Source of the DNA: Acidobacteriota bacterium | GTDB lineage: Bacteria > Acidobacteriota > UBA6911 > RPQK01 > JAJDTT01 | Length of the DNA: 64,000 nt | NCBI GenBank assembly: GCA_965263035.1 | Contig: OZ253580.1 | Span: forward strand, 6,112,001-6,176,000 | Direction: 5' to 3' | Part shown: piece after piece, positions 39,282-49,212 of the stretch | Layout: every line of letters starts with the position of its first letter | How positions within the stretch are numbered: the first letter of the stretch is position 1 | Notes under the pieces: model-generated | Told to the model about the DNA's origin: nothing | Database searches by the model: none | What the model saw: the letters and a program-made list of their open reading frames with translations, nothing else | Made by a program: the position numbers and the translations under genes

Positions 39282-39490
39282 CCACCACGCTCCTGACTGC
39301 CTCGGGAGAGCGTCCCTCGGCATCGGTCTGGAAACCGCTGTCGCCTCTCTGGTGGACGTCGCCCGCCGGTACCGGTGGCCTGAGCCACCCCTTCGGCAAG
39401 TCGTTTCCGAGTTTTGGTCCCTGGGGCGGCGGGCTGGTATTCTCCAAGGCACGCCATGTCCACTCGTTCCAGGCGGCAGCAGGAGTCCGC

Positions 39491-42400
39491 TTGATCAGTC
39501 CTCTACTCGGTTCATTCTCGGTTCCGTTTTTTGCCTGGTGGCTGTTTTTCGTCCTGTCGCCACCGCAAACCGGCGGCCCCTCGTCAGAGCACGGGCGCCG
39601 GACGGACGACTCGATCGCACCTCAGGCGCAGGAACCGGGGGAGACGATTCTGTACTTCCCGGATTACGTGGATGGGGGCGGCTGGTCGGTGCAGCTGGTG
39701 CTCAGCAACGTCGACCCGGAGACCGCGGCCGAGGTTCGGGTGGATGTCTACGACCCGGACGGACAGCCGGTCCGGGATCTGTTCGATTCCGATTTGACGT
39801 TGGAAATCCCCTCACTGGGCAGTCGAGTCTTGAGAAGCGCCGGCTCCGGAGCCCTTCGGCGAGGGTGGATCGAGGTCCAGACCCGTTCGGCCGCAGTGAG
39901 TGGATTGTTGACCTACCGAGACACCCAATCGGGGATCGAAGTCGGCGTCAAACCCGTTGCGTTGGGACAACGGTTCGCTTTGTTCGTGGAGGAATCGCCG
40001 ACGGTCGGCGCCGGAGTCGCCGTGTACAAGACGGACGCCGCGGCCCGCGTCGAGCTTCGAATCCGCAACGAGGAAGGCCACGACCCCATGGAGGGAGGGG
40101 TCGTCCGCTGGGGGGATTTCCGCCAAGCGGCTCGGACGCTTCCGGAATGGTTCGATGTCCCCGGGGTCGACACGGAATTCCTGAGGGATTTTCGCGGCCT
40201 GTTGTTCCTGGAGACCGAGGACGATTCCCGGTTCGCCCCGCTGGGGTTGCGGTTCGGGAAGGGAACCTCTTCGCTTTCGGCGGTACCGGCGATCCGGACC
40301 CAGAGTCAGGAACCTCAAGAGGCGGCCCTGGTCTTTCCCGACTACGTGGATGGCGGCGGCTGGTCGGTGCAGTTGGTGCTCAGCAACGTCGACCCGGATG
40401 CTGCGGCCGAGGTTCGGGTGGATGTCTACGACCCGGACGGACAACCGGTCCGGAATCTGCTCGATTCCGATTTGACGTTCGAGGTTCCGAGCCAGGGCAG
40501 TCGAGTCTTGAGAAGTGCCGGCTCGGGCGCCATTCGGCGAGGTTGGATTCAGGTCGAGACCGATGCGGCCGCAGTCGGTGGACTGTTAACCTACCGAGAC
40601 GCCCGAACGGGGATCGAGGTCGGCGTCGAGCCCATCCGGTTGGGGAATGAATTCGCTCTGTTCGTGGAGGAATCGGAGACGATCGGGGCGGGTCTGGCCC
40701 TCTTCAACCCGGAGGCGTCATCCAGGATCGAACTGAGGCTCCGCGACGAGGAAGGCAACGATCCGTTGGACGGAGTGTACGTCCCCTGGAGAGACTTCCA
40801 CCAGGCGGCGCGCACACTCCCGGAATGGTTCGACGTCGAAGGCGTGGATACGGGATTTCTGAGGGACTTTCGCGGTCTCCTGTTCCTGCGAACGGAGGAC
40901 GAATCCGGGTTCGCCCCGCTGGGGCTGCGGTTCGGGAAGAGGTCCTCGTCGCTCTCGGCGGTGCCGGCGATTCGGATCCCGGAGGGAGGCGGGATCGACG
41001 GCGGCCAGGCCCCGCCCCCGACGGTGACGCTTTCGGCATCGCCGCCGTCGATCGATCGGGGCCAGAGCACGACGTTGACCTGGTCGTCCACGAATGCGGA
41101 GAGCGCCGAGATCACTCCGGACATCGGCGGGGTGCCGACTTCGGGCACGCGGAAGGTGTCGCCGAACGTGACCACGACCTACCGCATCACGGCGACGGGA
41201 GCCGACGGACAGACGGCGACGGCATCGGCGACGGTGACGGTGGCCGTTTCCGAGCGGGCGGCGCTGAGGGCGCTGTTCGATGCGCTGGGCGGATCGGGTT
41301 GGAGCCACAGTAACAACTGGCTGACGGACACTCCCCTGGGCGACTGGTACGGGGTCGAAGTCGATAGCCAGGGGCGGGTGATCGGACTGCGGATGGCGGT
41401 CTGGGTCGATACTGAAGACGGTGGAAGAGAAAAACTCGGGAACGGATTGACCGGGGTGATCCCGCCGGAACTGGGTTCGCTCCCCCACCTGAGGGTCCTG
41501 GATCTCAGTCATAACCGACTGGAGGGGCCGATCCCGGCGCAACTCGGGAGCCTCTCCAGCCTGCAGGTGCTGGACCTCAGTGGGAACCAGCTGACGGGCC
41601 CGATCCCGCCCGAACTGGGGAGCCTTTCCAACCTGCAGCGGCTGAACCTCGGGGGGAACCGGCTGACGGGCCCGATCCCGCCCGAACTCGGTTCGCTTTC
41701 CAATCTGCAGTGGCTGTTCCTCAGTGGGAACCAGCTGACGGGCCCGATCCCGCCCGAACTCGGTTCGCTTTCCAATCTGCAGTGGCTGTTCCTCAGTGGG
41801 AACCAGCTGACCGGTCCGATCCCGCCCAGTTTTTTGCAGCTTGAGCAACTAGGATATTTCTATTTCTCCGATAATTTGGGACTCTGCGCCCCCGGTACAA
41901 CCGGTTTCGTCGATTGGCTGAAAGGGATCGAGCAACACGACGGTCCGTACTGTAACCAGTCCGACGTGGCCGTGATCGAGTCCCTCTACCAAGCCACCGG
42001 CGGAGCGAATTGGACGAACTCCGACGGCTGGCTCGGGGAGGGCGCCGTGAGTGATTGGTACGGGATCCGAGCCGACTCCCTGGGACGGGTGACGGGTCTC
42101 GATCTGAGTGACAACGGACTGGAGGGCCGGGTTCCGGGCAACTTGGGCCAACTGTCGCAGATGACCGAGTTGCGGATCGGTGGCAACGCCCTTTCCGGCC
42201 GGTTGCCGCTCATCTTGACCCGCCTCCCTCTTCACGAGTTCCATTACGCGGACACCGAGTTGTGTGCTCCGACCGAGGCGTCGTTCCAGGCTTGGCTGAA
42301 CGCCATTCCGTCGCACGACGGAACCAACATGGATTGTGCGCCGCTCACGGACCGCGACATCCTCGTGTCGCTCTACGACGCAACTGGCGGGCCGGACTGG

Positions 42401-44788
42401 ACCAACAACGAGAACTGGCTGACCGATACGTCGCTGGGAGATTGGTCCGGGGTCGAGGTCGATGGCCGAGGTCGAGTGATCGGGCTACGCTTCTCCCAAA
42501 ACGGTCTAGCGGGCCCGATCCCGCCCGAACTCGGTTCGCTTTCCAATCTGCAGTCGCTGTCCCTCGGGGGGAACCAGCTAGCGGGCCCGATCCCGCCCGA
42601 TCTCGGTTCGCTTTCCAATCTGCAGAGGCTGGACCTCAGTGAGAACCAGCTGACGGGCCCGATCCCGCCCGATCTCGGTTCGCTTTCCAATCTGGGGTCG
42701 CTGTACCTCTGGGAGAACCAGCTGACCGGTCCCATCCCGCCCGATCTCGGTTCGCTTTCCAATCTGCGGTGGCTGGACCTCGGGGGGAACCAGCTAACCG
42801 GTCCCATCCCGCCCGATCTCGGTTCGCTTTCCAATCTGGGGTCGCTGTACCTCTGGGAGAACCAGCTGACCGGTCCCATCCCGCCCGATCTCGGTTCGCT
42901 TTCCAATCTGGGGGCGCTGTACCTCAGTGGGAACCAGCTGACCGGTCCCATCCCGCCCGATCTCGGTTCGCTTTCCAATCTGCGGACGCTGTACCTCAGT
43001 GGGAACCAGCTGACCGGTCCCATCCCGCCCGATCTCGGTTCGCTTTCCAATCTGCGGGCGCTGTCCCTCGATGGGAACCAGCTGACCGGTCCCATCCCAC
43101 CGGAACTGGGCGGAATGGAGCACCTGCGCACCCTGTCCCTGTCGAGGAACGCCGAGATGTCCGGAGCACTGCCCGCCCGCCTGACCGATCTGCTCCGTCT
43201 CGAAGCGCTTCTGGCTGGGGACACCCGTCTTTGCGTCCCCTCCGACGCACGCTTCCAGAACTGGCTGGAGCGGGTCTGGAAACGGCGGATTGCCCCTTGC
43301 TTCCGCGACGGCCTGCCGAAGGCGTACTTGACCCAGGCCGTGCAGTCACGAGAGTTTCCGGTGCCGCTTGTTGCCGGCGAGGACGCCCTGCTGCGGATGT
43401 TCGTGACGGCCCCGCGAGCGGGCGGGCATAAGATGCCCCCGGTCCGGGCCCGATTCTACGTCGATGGACGGGAAACGCACGTGTTAGACATCCCGGGAAA
43501 GTCCACTCCGGTACCGACCGGAGTGGACGAGGGAGCGCTTTCGGCTTCGGCCAACGCCGAAGTTCCAGGAGAGATCGTGCAGCCAGGCCTTGAAATGGTG
43601 ATCGAGGTCGATCCGGAGGGGATACTGGACCCTGGACTGGGGGTGACGAAGCGCATTCCCGAGGAGGGCCGCCTCGCGGTGGACGTCCAAACGATGCCTC
43701 TTTTCGACCTGACGCTGATTCCGTTCCTCTGGAGCCAGGATCCCGATTCGTCGATTGTGGACTTGGTCGAGGCTATGGCCGAGGACGCCGAGGGCCACGA
43801 AATGCTCTGGCAGACCCGAACGCTGCTGCCGATCGGCGAGCTGGAGGTAACCGCCCACGAACGGGTTCTGAGCACGAGCAACAATGCGTTCGACCTGCGC
43901 GCTAACGCAGGGGCCATCCGGGCCATGGAGGGCGGAACGGGTTATTACATGGGATTGATGTCAAGGCCCGTCACGGGCGCGTCGGGAGTCGGGTTCATCG
44001 CCGGCTGGGTGAGTTTCTCGATTCCTTACGTCGCCACCATCGCACACGAACTCGGCCATAACCTGAGTCTTCACCACGCGCCGTGCGGGGGCGCCGGCGG
44101 TCCAGACCCGTCGTATCCCCAGACCGACGGTTCCATCGGTGCGTGGGGGTACGATTTGCACGAGGGCGGACAACTGGTGCCGCCGTCACGACCCGATCTG
44201 ATGAGCTATTGTGGCCCCTATTGGATTAGCGATTACCATTTCACCAACGCGCTCCGGTACCGGTTGCACACCGCCGCCAGTGGCGGACCGTCGTCCCTGG
44301 TGGCCGCCCCGGCGAGATCCCTCCTGCTGTGGGGCGGCGTGGACGCCGGAGGGACACCGTTCCTGGAACCGGCGTTCGTGGTCGAGGCCCCGGCGTCACT
44401 GCCCCGTTCCACCGGTGAGTACGAGATCGTCGGACGAACCGCCGACGGAGACGAGTTGTTCTCGCTTCCATTCCAGATGCCAGAGGTGGCCGACGGAGAC
44501 GGGAGTTCCTCCTTCGCCTTCGTCCTTCCCGTACAGCCCGAATGGCCGGAATCCCTGGCCAGTATCACCCTCTCCGGACCCGGCGGTTCGGCCACGCTGG
44601 ATGACAAGACCGACCGTCCGGTGACCATCCTGCGCAATTCCCGGACCGGTCAGATTCGCGGCATCCTGCGCGATGGGTCAGCCGCTGCCCTGGCCCGCGA
44701 TGATGCGGTCTCCGCGTTGTCTCGGGAGCCGGACATGGAGGCGTTGAACAGCCGCGGAATCCCGGATTCGGAAGACTGGACGCGATAG
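39491..44788 (+). CDS. Large secreted protein: 2 divergent module copies, Ig-like domain, plant-RLK-type LRR blocks, M66-like metallopeptidase
   Basis: AGGAG + TTG start conserved in paralogue at 59418; FPDYVDGGGWSVQL x2; LTGPIPPELGSLSNL repeats; AHELGHNLSLHH, DLMSYC. Confidence 0.85.
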   Translation: MISPLLGSFSVPFFAWWLFFVLSPPQTGGPSSEHGRRTDDSIAPQAQEPGETILYFPDYVDGGGWSVQLVLSNVDPETAAEVRVDVYDPDGQPVRDLFDSDLTLEIPSLGSRVLRSAGSGALRRGWIEVQTRSAAVSGLLTYRDTQSGIEVGVKPVALGQRFALFVEESPTVGAGVAVYKTDAAARVELRIRNEEGHDPMEGGVVRWGDFRQAARTLPEWFDVPGVDTEFLRDFRGLLFLETEDDSRFAPLGLRFGKGTSSLSAVPAIRTQSQEPQEAALVFPDYVDGGGWSVQLVLSNVDPDAAAEVRVDVYDPDGQPVRNLLDSDLTFEVPSQGSRVLRSAGSGAIRRGWIQVETDAAAVGGLLTYRDARTGIEVGVEPIRLGNEFALFVEESETIGAGLALFNPEASSRIELRLRDEEGNDPLDGVYVPWRDFHQAARTLPEWFDVEGVDTGFLRDFRGLLFLRTEDESGFAPLGLRFGKRSSSLSAVPAIRIPEGGGIDGGQAPPPTVTLSASPPSIDRGQSTTLTWSSTNAESAEITPDIGGVPTSGTRKVSPNVTTTYRITATGADGQTATASATVTVAVSERAALRALFDALGGSGWSHSNNWLTDTPLGDWYGVEVDSQGRVIGLRMAVWVDTEDGGREKLGNGLTGVIPPELGSLPHLRVLDLSHNRLEGPIPAQLGSLSSLQVLDLSGNQLTGPIPPELGSLSNLQRLNLGGNRLTGPIPPELGSLSNLQWLFLSGNQLTGPIPPELGSLSNLQWLFLSGNQLTGPIPPSFLQLEQLGYFYFSDNLGLCAPGTTGFVDWLKGIEQHDGPYCNQSDVAVIESLYQATGGANWTNSDGWLGEGAVSDWYGIRADSLGRVTGLDLSDNGLEGRVPGNLGQLSQMTELRIGGNALSGRLPLILTRLPLHEFHYADTELCAPTEASFQAWLNAIPSHDGTNMDCAPLTDRDILVSLYDATGGPDWTNNENWLTDTSLGDWSGVEVDGRGRVIGLRFSQNGLAGPIPPELGSLSNLQSLSLGGNQLAGPIPPDLGSLSNLQRLDLSENQLTGPIPPDLGSLSNLGSLYLWENQLTGPIPPDLGSLSNLRWLDLGGNQLTGPIPPDLGSLSNLGSLYLWENQLTGPIPPDLGSLSNLGALYLSGNQLTGPIPPDLGSLSNLRTLYLSGNQLTGPIPPDLGSLSNLRALSLDGNQLTGPIPPELGGMEHLRTLSLSRNAEMSGALPARLTDLLRLEALLAGDTRLCVPSDARFQNWLERVWKRRIAPCFRDGLPKAYLTQAVQSREFPVPLVAGEDALLRMFVTAPRAGGHKMPPVRARFYVDGRETHVLDIPGKSTPVPTGVDEGALSASANAEVPGEIVQPGLEMVIEVDPEGILDPGLGVTKRIPEEGRLAVDVQTMPLFDLTLIPFLWSQDPDSSIVDLVEAMAEDAEGHEMLWQTRTLLPIGELEVTAHERVLSTSNNAFDLRANAGAIRAMEGGTGYYMGLMSRPVTGASGVGFIAGWVSFSIPYVATIAHELGHNLSLHHAPCGGAGGPDPSYPQTDGSIGAWGYDLHEGGQLVPPSRPDLMSYCGPYWISDYHFTNALRYRLHTAASGGPSSLVAAPARSLLLWGGVDAGGTPFLEPAFVVEAPASLPRSTGEYEIVGRTADGDELFSLPFQMPEVADGDGSSSFAFVLPVQPEWPESLASITLSGPGGSATLDDKTDRPVTILRNSRTGQIRGILRDGSAAALARDDAVSALSREPDMEALNSRGIPDSEDWTR
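42505..43110 (+). repeat. Eight near-identical 72-bp LRR tandem repeats
   Basis: Nearly invariant AACCAGCTGACCGGTCCCATCCCGCCCGATCTCGGTTCGCTTTCCAATCTG scaffold plus variable ~21-nt window. Confidence 0.9.
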
Positions 44789-44833
44789 GAGGGACGGATC
44801 GTCCTCCACTCGGATAACAAACTCCGTAGACTG

Positions 44834-44987
44834 ACGTCCGTTAACTGAAATTGACGGACGTTCTCTGGGAAAAGGGAGGATGCCGGGGGGTGCGAATCAG
44901 CCCCAAGCCGACCGGAAACACGGGTCAGAAGAAGACGGCCTGTCCCCGTCAGGAGGGATCAGGATACGATAATTGCACTTTATCGTA
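44834..44987. other. Complete A-site / spacer / B-site module
   Basis: ACGTCCGTTAA-CTGAAA-TTGACGGACGT (44834-44861) and TACGATAA-TTGCACT-TTATCGTA (44965-44987). Confidence 0.8.
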
Positions 44988-45401
44988 ATGAGGAGCGACT
45001 GGATCGAGGACCTGGAGCCCCAGTGATCCACCGGCGCCAGACCAGATCGAACTATTTGAGGTCTTCTCGGGAAATAGATTGCCGATTCGTGGAGACTGAT
45101 CCCCAACCGTCGGACCGGAAGGCCATCGATGGCCTTCCACCCGGAGTCCCCAGGGCCAGTCAACTGCCCCTGGAACCGAAGGTTCCAACACACGCGGCCC
45201 ATCCTCGGCGGCCCTCTGGAGACCCATGTAGACCCTGTTCACGCGCCCAGGGAAGTAAATCAGCAGGAGGTCACCTTTCTTCACATGCTTCCTTAACCGG
45301 CGGCCTGTGTCCTCGCTGAAGTGCTGATGCCGGAGATCGTTGCAAATCCACTCCTGCTTTGGGTTTTCGTTGGCCCCTTTCATCGCTTGCCAGATAGCCA
45401 T
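44949..45401 (-). CDS. Hypothetical protein (weakly EVE/PUA-like) between two B sites
   Basis: GAGAGGA RBS; VKKGDLLLIYFPG; 3' end runs across the B site, probably truncated. Confidence 0.55.
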   Translation of the reverse strand: MAIWQAMKGANENPKQEWICNDLRHQHFSEDTGRRLRKHVKKGDLLLIYFPGRVNRVYMGLQRAAEDGPRVLEPSVPGAVDWPWGLRVEGHRWPSGPTVGDQSPRIGNLFPEKTSNSSIWSGAGGSLGLQVLDPVAPHYDKVQLSYPDPS

Positions 45402-45447
45402 TGACGGTCCTCTCCTCTTGACATTCCTGCCCAGTCGAAAATACTCT

Positions 45448-45469
45448 CCGGGTAACGTACTTTACCGTA
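45448..45469. other. Degenerate B-type site
   Basis: CCGGGTAA-CGTACT-TTACCGTA, followed by the same leader that follows 34652. Confidence 0.6.
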
Positions 45470-45687
45470 ATCTAAACCACGCCCCTGACCTTCTGATTTT
45501 GCGCGCCGGCCGACGTCCGGAGCCGTCCTCTTTTTCCCGCATCCGGTGAGCCCATTGGGGTGAAAAACGAGGCCAGGACCTGATCCGCCGAGTCGGGGAT
45601 CCGTTCTACACTTCGGCCAGAAGGAGCTTCCCCGCATCCCTGAATACTGTTGCAGGCGCTCCCATCCACCTGGAGGAACCGTTCTGG

Positions 45688-48600
45688 ATGTCAGTCCACA
45701 CCCCGAAGACCTCGCATCTTTGCCGCCGCCGATCCCCGACTTTTCTCCCGGCCATTGCCCTGACCGTGGGTCTACTGGTCACAACGAAGCACGCCACGGC
45801 GCAGATCGTCCCCGTCTGCGACCGGACCCCGGACGTGCGCGCCGAGATCGTGAGGCTTGTGCCCGGAGTCAGCGATTGTGCCGACGTGACCGAGGCGCAT
45901 CTGGCTGCGATTGAGGGAGAGTTTTTCCACGGCGGCTGGTATGACGCTTTGCCCACTTGGGCTGGCGGACCCCACCTCGCGCGGGGGGCCCCTCCACAGG
46001 TAGAAAAGTTGAGAGCCGGAGATTTTTCTGGTCTCTCCTCGCTGAAAATTCTCTATTTGGACCGAACTCCATTAGCCAGTTTGCCCCAGGGAGTCTTCGC
46101 TGGCCTTTCCTCGTTGGAAGAGCTCCACCTTGATCGCACTCAGTTGAGCACGTTGCCGGAGGGGGTCTTCGTCGGCCTCTCCTCACTGAAACGGCTCAAT
46201 CTGTTCCAAAGCCAGTTAACTATCCTGCCGGAGGGGGTCTTCGCCGGCCTCTCCTCATTGGAACGCCTTACCCTGAGTCACAATCAATTGGACACTCTGC
46301 CAAAGGGGATTTTCTCCGACCTGGCCTCGTTGAAGGAACTCGATCTGAATAACAATGATCTGATCAGTCTCCCAGTCAACGTCTTTTCGAGTCTCTCCTC
46401 CCTGGAACGGCTCAATCTGAATCACAATTTGCTGGACACTCTGTCACAGGGGGTCTTTGCTGGACTCTCTGCGCTCGAATCACTCAACCTGTCGGCCAAT
46501 CAACTGACCCAGCTACCCGCTGGGGTCTTTGCCGTCCTCTTCTCGCTGGAAGGTCTCTCGCTGAGTCACAATCAACTGACCCGTCTACCGGTCGGGGTCT
46601 TTGCTGGACTCTCTGCGCTCAAATCACTCTCCCTTTCGACCAATCAACTAACCCAGTTACCCGCTGGGGTCTTCGCCGGACTCTTCTCGCTGGAAGGTCT
46701 CTCGCTGAGTCGCAATCAATTGACCCATTTACCGGTTAGGGTCTTTGCTGGACTCTCTGCGCTCGAATCACTCGACCTGTCGGACAATCAACTGACCCAG
46801 CTACCCGCTGGGGTCTTTGCCGTCCTCTTCTCGCTGGAATATCTCTCGTTGAGTCGCAATCAATTGACCCATTTACCGGTTGGGGTCTTCTCAGGTCTTT
46901 TTGCGCTTAAAAAGCTCCTTCTGGATCACAATCGCCTGACCCATTTTCCGGAGGGCATCTTCTCCGGCCTCTCCAGTCTAAGAGAGGTGGAGGCAGAGAG
47001 AAACGCCGCGACCCCCTTGGGCATTCGGGTTTCACTGGAGCGGGTGGGAAGAGGCCGGTTCAAAGCCAGGGCTGACACTGGAGCCCCCCGCACTATCTTC
47101 GTGACGGTTTCTGTCGTCAATGGTGTCATCAATGGTGGCTCAAACAGCATCGTTATTCCCACTGGAAGCATGGAAAGCTCCGTCGTCACGGTCTCCCGCC
47201 ACCCAAGAACATCCGCCGCCGTCTCCGTGGATATCGACAGCTTTCGCCGGAACCACTATCTTTATTCCTATCCCTATCTTCCGGGCCTCGAACCCGTCAG
47301 GTCCCCCGATTTGCCGCTGGTCGTTTTGGAGCCTGGTGTTGATCCGGTTGTTGATCTGACCTTTGCACATTTTGGGAACGGAACATCGATCCGATCCGAA
47401 CTCGTGCTGGTGAACCTGGGCTCGCTCCCGCTTCTTCCCGCCATCTTCTTTTACGACAAGGCGGGACACCTCATTGACTCAACTTCGGTGGTGGATATCC
47501 GGAACAATCTGTATCTCCGAGCCGACGGAGGCTTGGGCGTGTGGACAGCCATCCCCCCCCTGGGAGAGCTTACGATCTCCACCCATGGGAGAGGAGATTT
47601 GATCACGGGATCGGCAAGGGTTGTGGCAGCCGGTCCCATGGGCGGGGTCTTGCGCTTTGACGGCTCGGATCTCGGAGTCGCCGGAGTCGGGTCCAGCCCG
47701 GCCCTCCAAGACATCGTCTTCCCCGTGCGCCGCCAACTCTCAGGAGTCAATACCGGAGCAGCATTCCATAACCTGGAGCCCCATCCCACGATTGTGAACT
47801 GCCAACTGATGCAAGACGGAGAGATGCTTGAAGAAACGGCGGTTCTGCTGGCCGCCAACGGTCAAACAGCTCGGTTCATTGATGAGATGTTCTCTGCAAC
47901 CGAGACATCGAGCTTTGTAGGGTCAGTGCGCTGTGCTGCTCCTGGAGATGAGTTGTTCACCGGCTTGGCCCTGGAGATGGACTTCCAGAACCGAGTGTTC
48001 ACCACCTTGCCGATGGTCCCTGTTCCGGCGGGGCGGACACAAGACTACACGCAACTGCACTTCCCTCATTTCGCCAACGGTTCCTCCATCACTTCCGACC
48101 TGGTGTTCGTGAACGTGGCCGCAGGACCGATTCACCCGGCCATCTATTTCTACGATCGTGCAGGCCGTCTCATTGCCCCGGAATTAGTGGTGGACATCGG
48201 GGAAGACCTTCAGGTCCGCGCGGACGGAGCCCTGACCATGCAGGCGGAAGTGGCCCCGCTGGGAGAACTCACGATCTCCACGCACGGGCGGGGAGATCTG
48301 GTGACCGGGTCGGTGAAAGTCATTGCCGATGGTCCCATCGGTGGGTTCCTGCGATTCGACAACCCCGAGATCGGAGTCACTGGGGTCGGCGCCAGTGAGG
48401 ATGTCCACGCCGCCATCTTTCCAGTTCGACACCAAGCGAGGGGAATCCGTACCGGAACGGCAATCCGCAATCTGCAGGACAATTCGGTGCCAGTCACATG
48501 CCAACTGACACAGTCTGGCAGGGTGCTGGAAGAGAAGAAATTTCGTCTGCCGAGCAACGGACAGACCACCCGGTTCGTTGACGAGTGGTTCCCTGAGGCC

Positions 48601-48732
48601 GTTACATCCGACTTTGAGGGAGCGGTGCGTTGTACCGTACCCGACCGCGGTAGGTTCACCGGATTGGCTCTGGAGATGGATGCCGACAACCGCATCTTCA
48701 CAACGTTGCCGGTGGTGCCGTTTCGGCGTTGA
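45688..48732 (+). CDS. Secreted LRR protein (14 LRRs) + 2 C-terminal modules
   Basis: Paralogue of 34871-37153 with expanded LRR tract. Confidence 0.9.
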   Translation: MSVHTPKTSHLCRRRSPTFLPAIALTVGLLVTTKHATAQIVPVCDRTPDVRAEIVRLVPGVSDCADVTEAHLAAIEGEFFHGGWYDALPTWAGGPHLARGAPPQVEKLRAGDFSGLSSLKILYLDRTPLASLPQGVFAGLSSLEELHLDRTQLSTLPEGVFVGLSSLKRLNLFQSQLTILPEGVFAGLSSLERLTLSHNQLDTLPKGIFSDLASLKELDLNNNDLISLPVNVFSSLSSLERLNLNHNLLDTLSQGVFAGLSALESLNLSANQLTQLPAGVFAVLFSLEGLSLSHNQLTRLPVGVFAGLSALKSLSLSTNQLTQLPAGVFAGLFSLEGLSLSRNQLTHLPVRVFAGLSALESLDLSDNQLTQLPAGVFAVLFSLEYLSLSRNQLTHLPVGVFSGLFALKKLLLDHNRLTHFPEGIFSGLSSLREVEAERNAATPLGIRVSLERVGRGRFKARADTGAPRTIFVTVSVVNGVINGGSNSIVIPTGSMESSVVTVSRHPRTSAAVSVDIDSFRRNHYLYSYPYLPGLEPVRSPDLPLVVLEPGVDPVVDLTFAHFGNGTSIRSELVLVNLGSLPLLPAIFFYDKAGHLIDSTSVVDIRNNLYLRADGGLGVWTAIPPLGELTISTHGRGDLITGSARVVAAGPMGGVLRFDGSDLGVAGVGSSPALQDIVFPVRRQLSGVNTGAAFHNLEPHPTIVNCQLMQDGEMLEETAVLLAANGQTARFIDEMFSATETSSFVGSVRCAAPGDELFTGLALEMDFQNRVFTTLPMVPVPAGRTQDYTQLHFPHFANGSSITSDLVFVNVAAGPIHPAIYFYDRAGRLIAPELVVDIGEDLQVRADGALTMQAEVAPLGELTISTHGRGDLVTGSVKVIADGPIGGFLRFDNPEIGVTGVGASEDVHAAIFPVRHQARGIRTGTAIRNLQDNSVPVTCQLTQSGRVLEEKKFRLPSNGQTTRFVDEWFPEAVTSDFEGAVRCTVPDRGRFTGLALEMDADNRIFTTLPVVPFRR

Positions 48733-48855
48733 TCTGTCGAGAATAGCCACCGCCGCCAGCGTTTTGGAGAATATTCGTTCGTTCAAGGAGCTACGGGCCA
48801 AGATGGACTCTCCTCCGCGCTTTCCAGGACTGGATAGACCTCGAGAATTAAGAAC

Positions 48856-49212
48856 ATGATCTGGAACCTGGTTCTCATTGGGGGATTTCTTCACTTAGCC
48901 GTCGTCCTCCAGAGCCAAATCCGGTTCCTGAAACAGATGGAGTCGCGCTTGGATGTCCGCATCACCAAACTGGAGACACTACTCGGAGATCTGCGGGATT
49001 GCGTCCACCGGATCGAGGAAACGCTGGCTGCGTCCAAAGAGTCCTGCGGAGGAACTGTTTCGGATGCCCGCGCGCTCGCCCCCGATCCACAGACCTTGTT
49101 CTGGGATTCGGCCTGGAGGGGTTCCCCTGCATCAATGAAAGTGAGGTATAGATCCGAATGCCAGCCGACGCCCGAAGCAAACCGCATCTCCTACGGTCGA
49201 AATTCCCGATAG
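48856..49212 (+). CDS. Small TM/coiled-coil hypothetical protein
   Basis: Hydrophobic N-terminus, then heptad pattern MESRLDVRITKLETLLGDLRDCVHRIE. Confidence 0.4.
   Translation: MIWNLVLIGGFLHLAVVLQSQIRFLKQMESRLDVRITKLETLLGDLRDCVHRIEETLAASKESCGGTVSDARALAPDPQTLFWDSAWRGSPASMKVRYRSECQPTPEANRISYGRNSR

Noticed and set aside
39263-39490. ORF-track start of the 1841-aa protein
   Set aside because: Begins inside the B site; AGGAG-TTG at 39491 is conserved in the paralogue and gives a signal-like N-terminus.
2886-43110. Diversity-generating retroelement explaining LRR variation
   Set aside because: No reverse transcriptase in the window, no TR/VR pair, and variation is not adenine-specific.
44925-44940. 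CAGAAGAAGACGGC resembling Tn402/Tn5053 ends
   Set aside because: Only a short partial match, with no TGTCGTTTT start and no tni genes.
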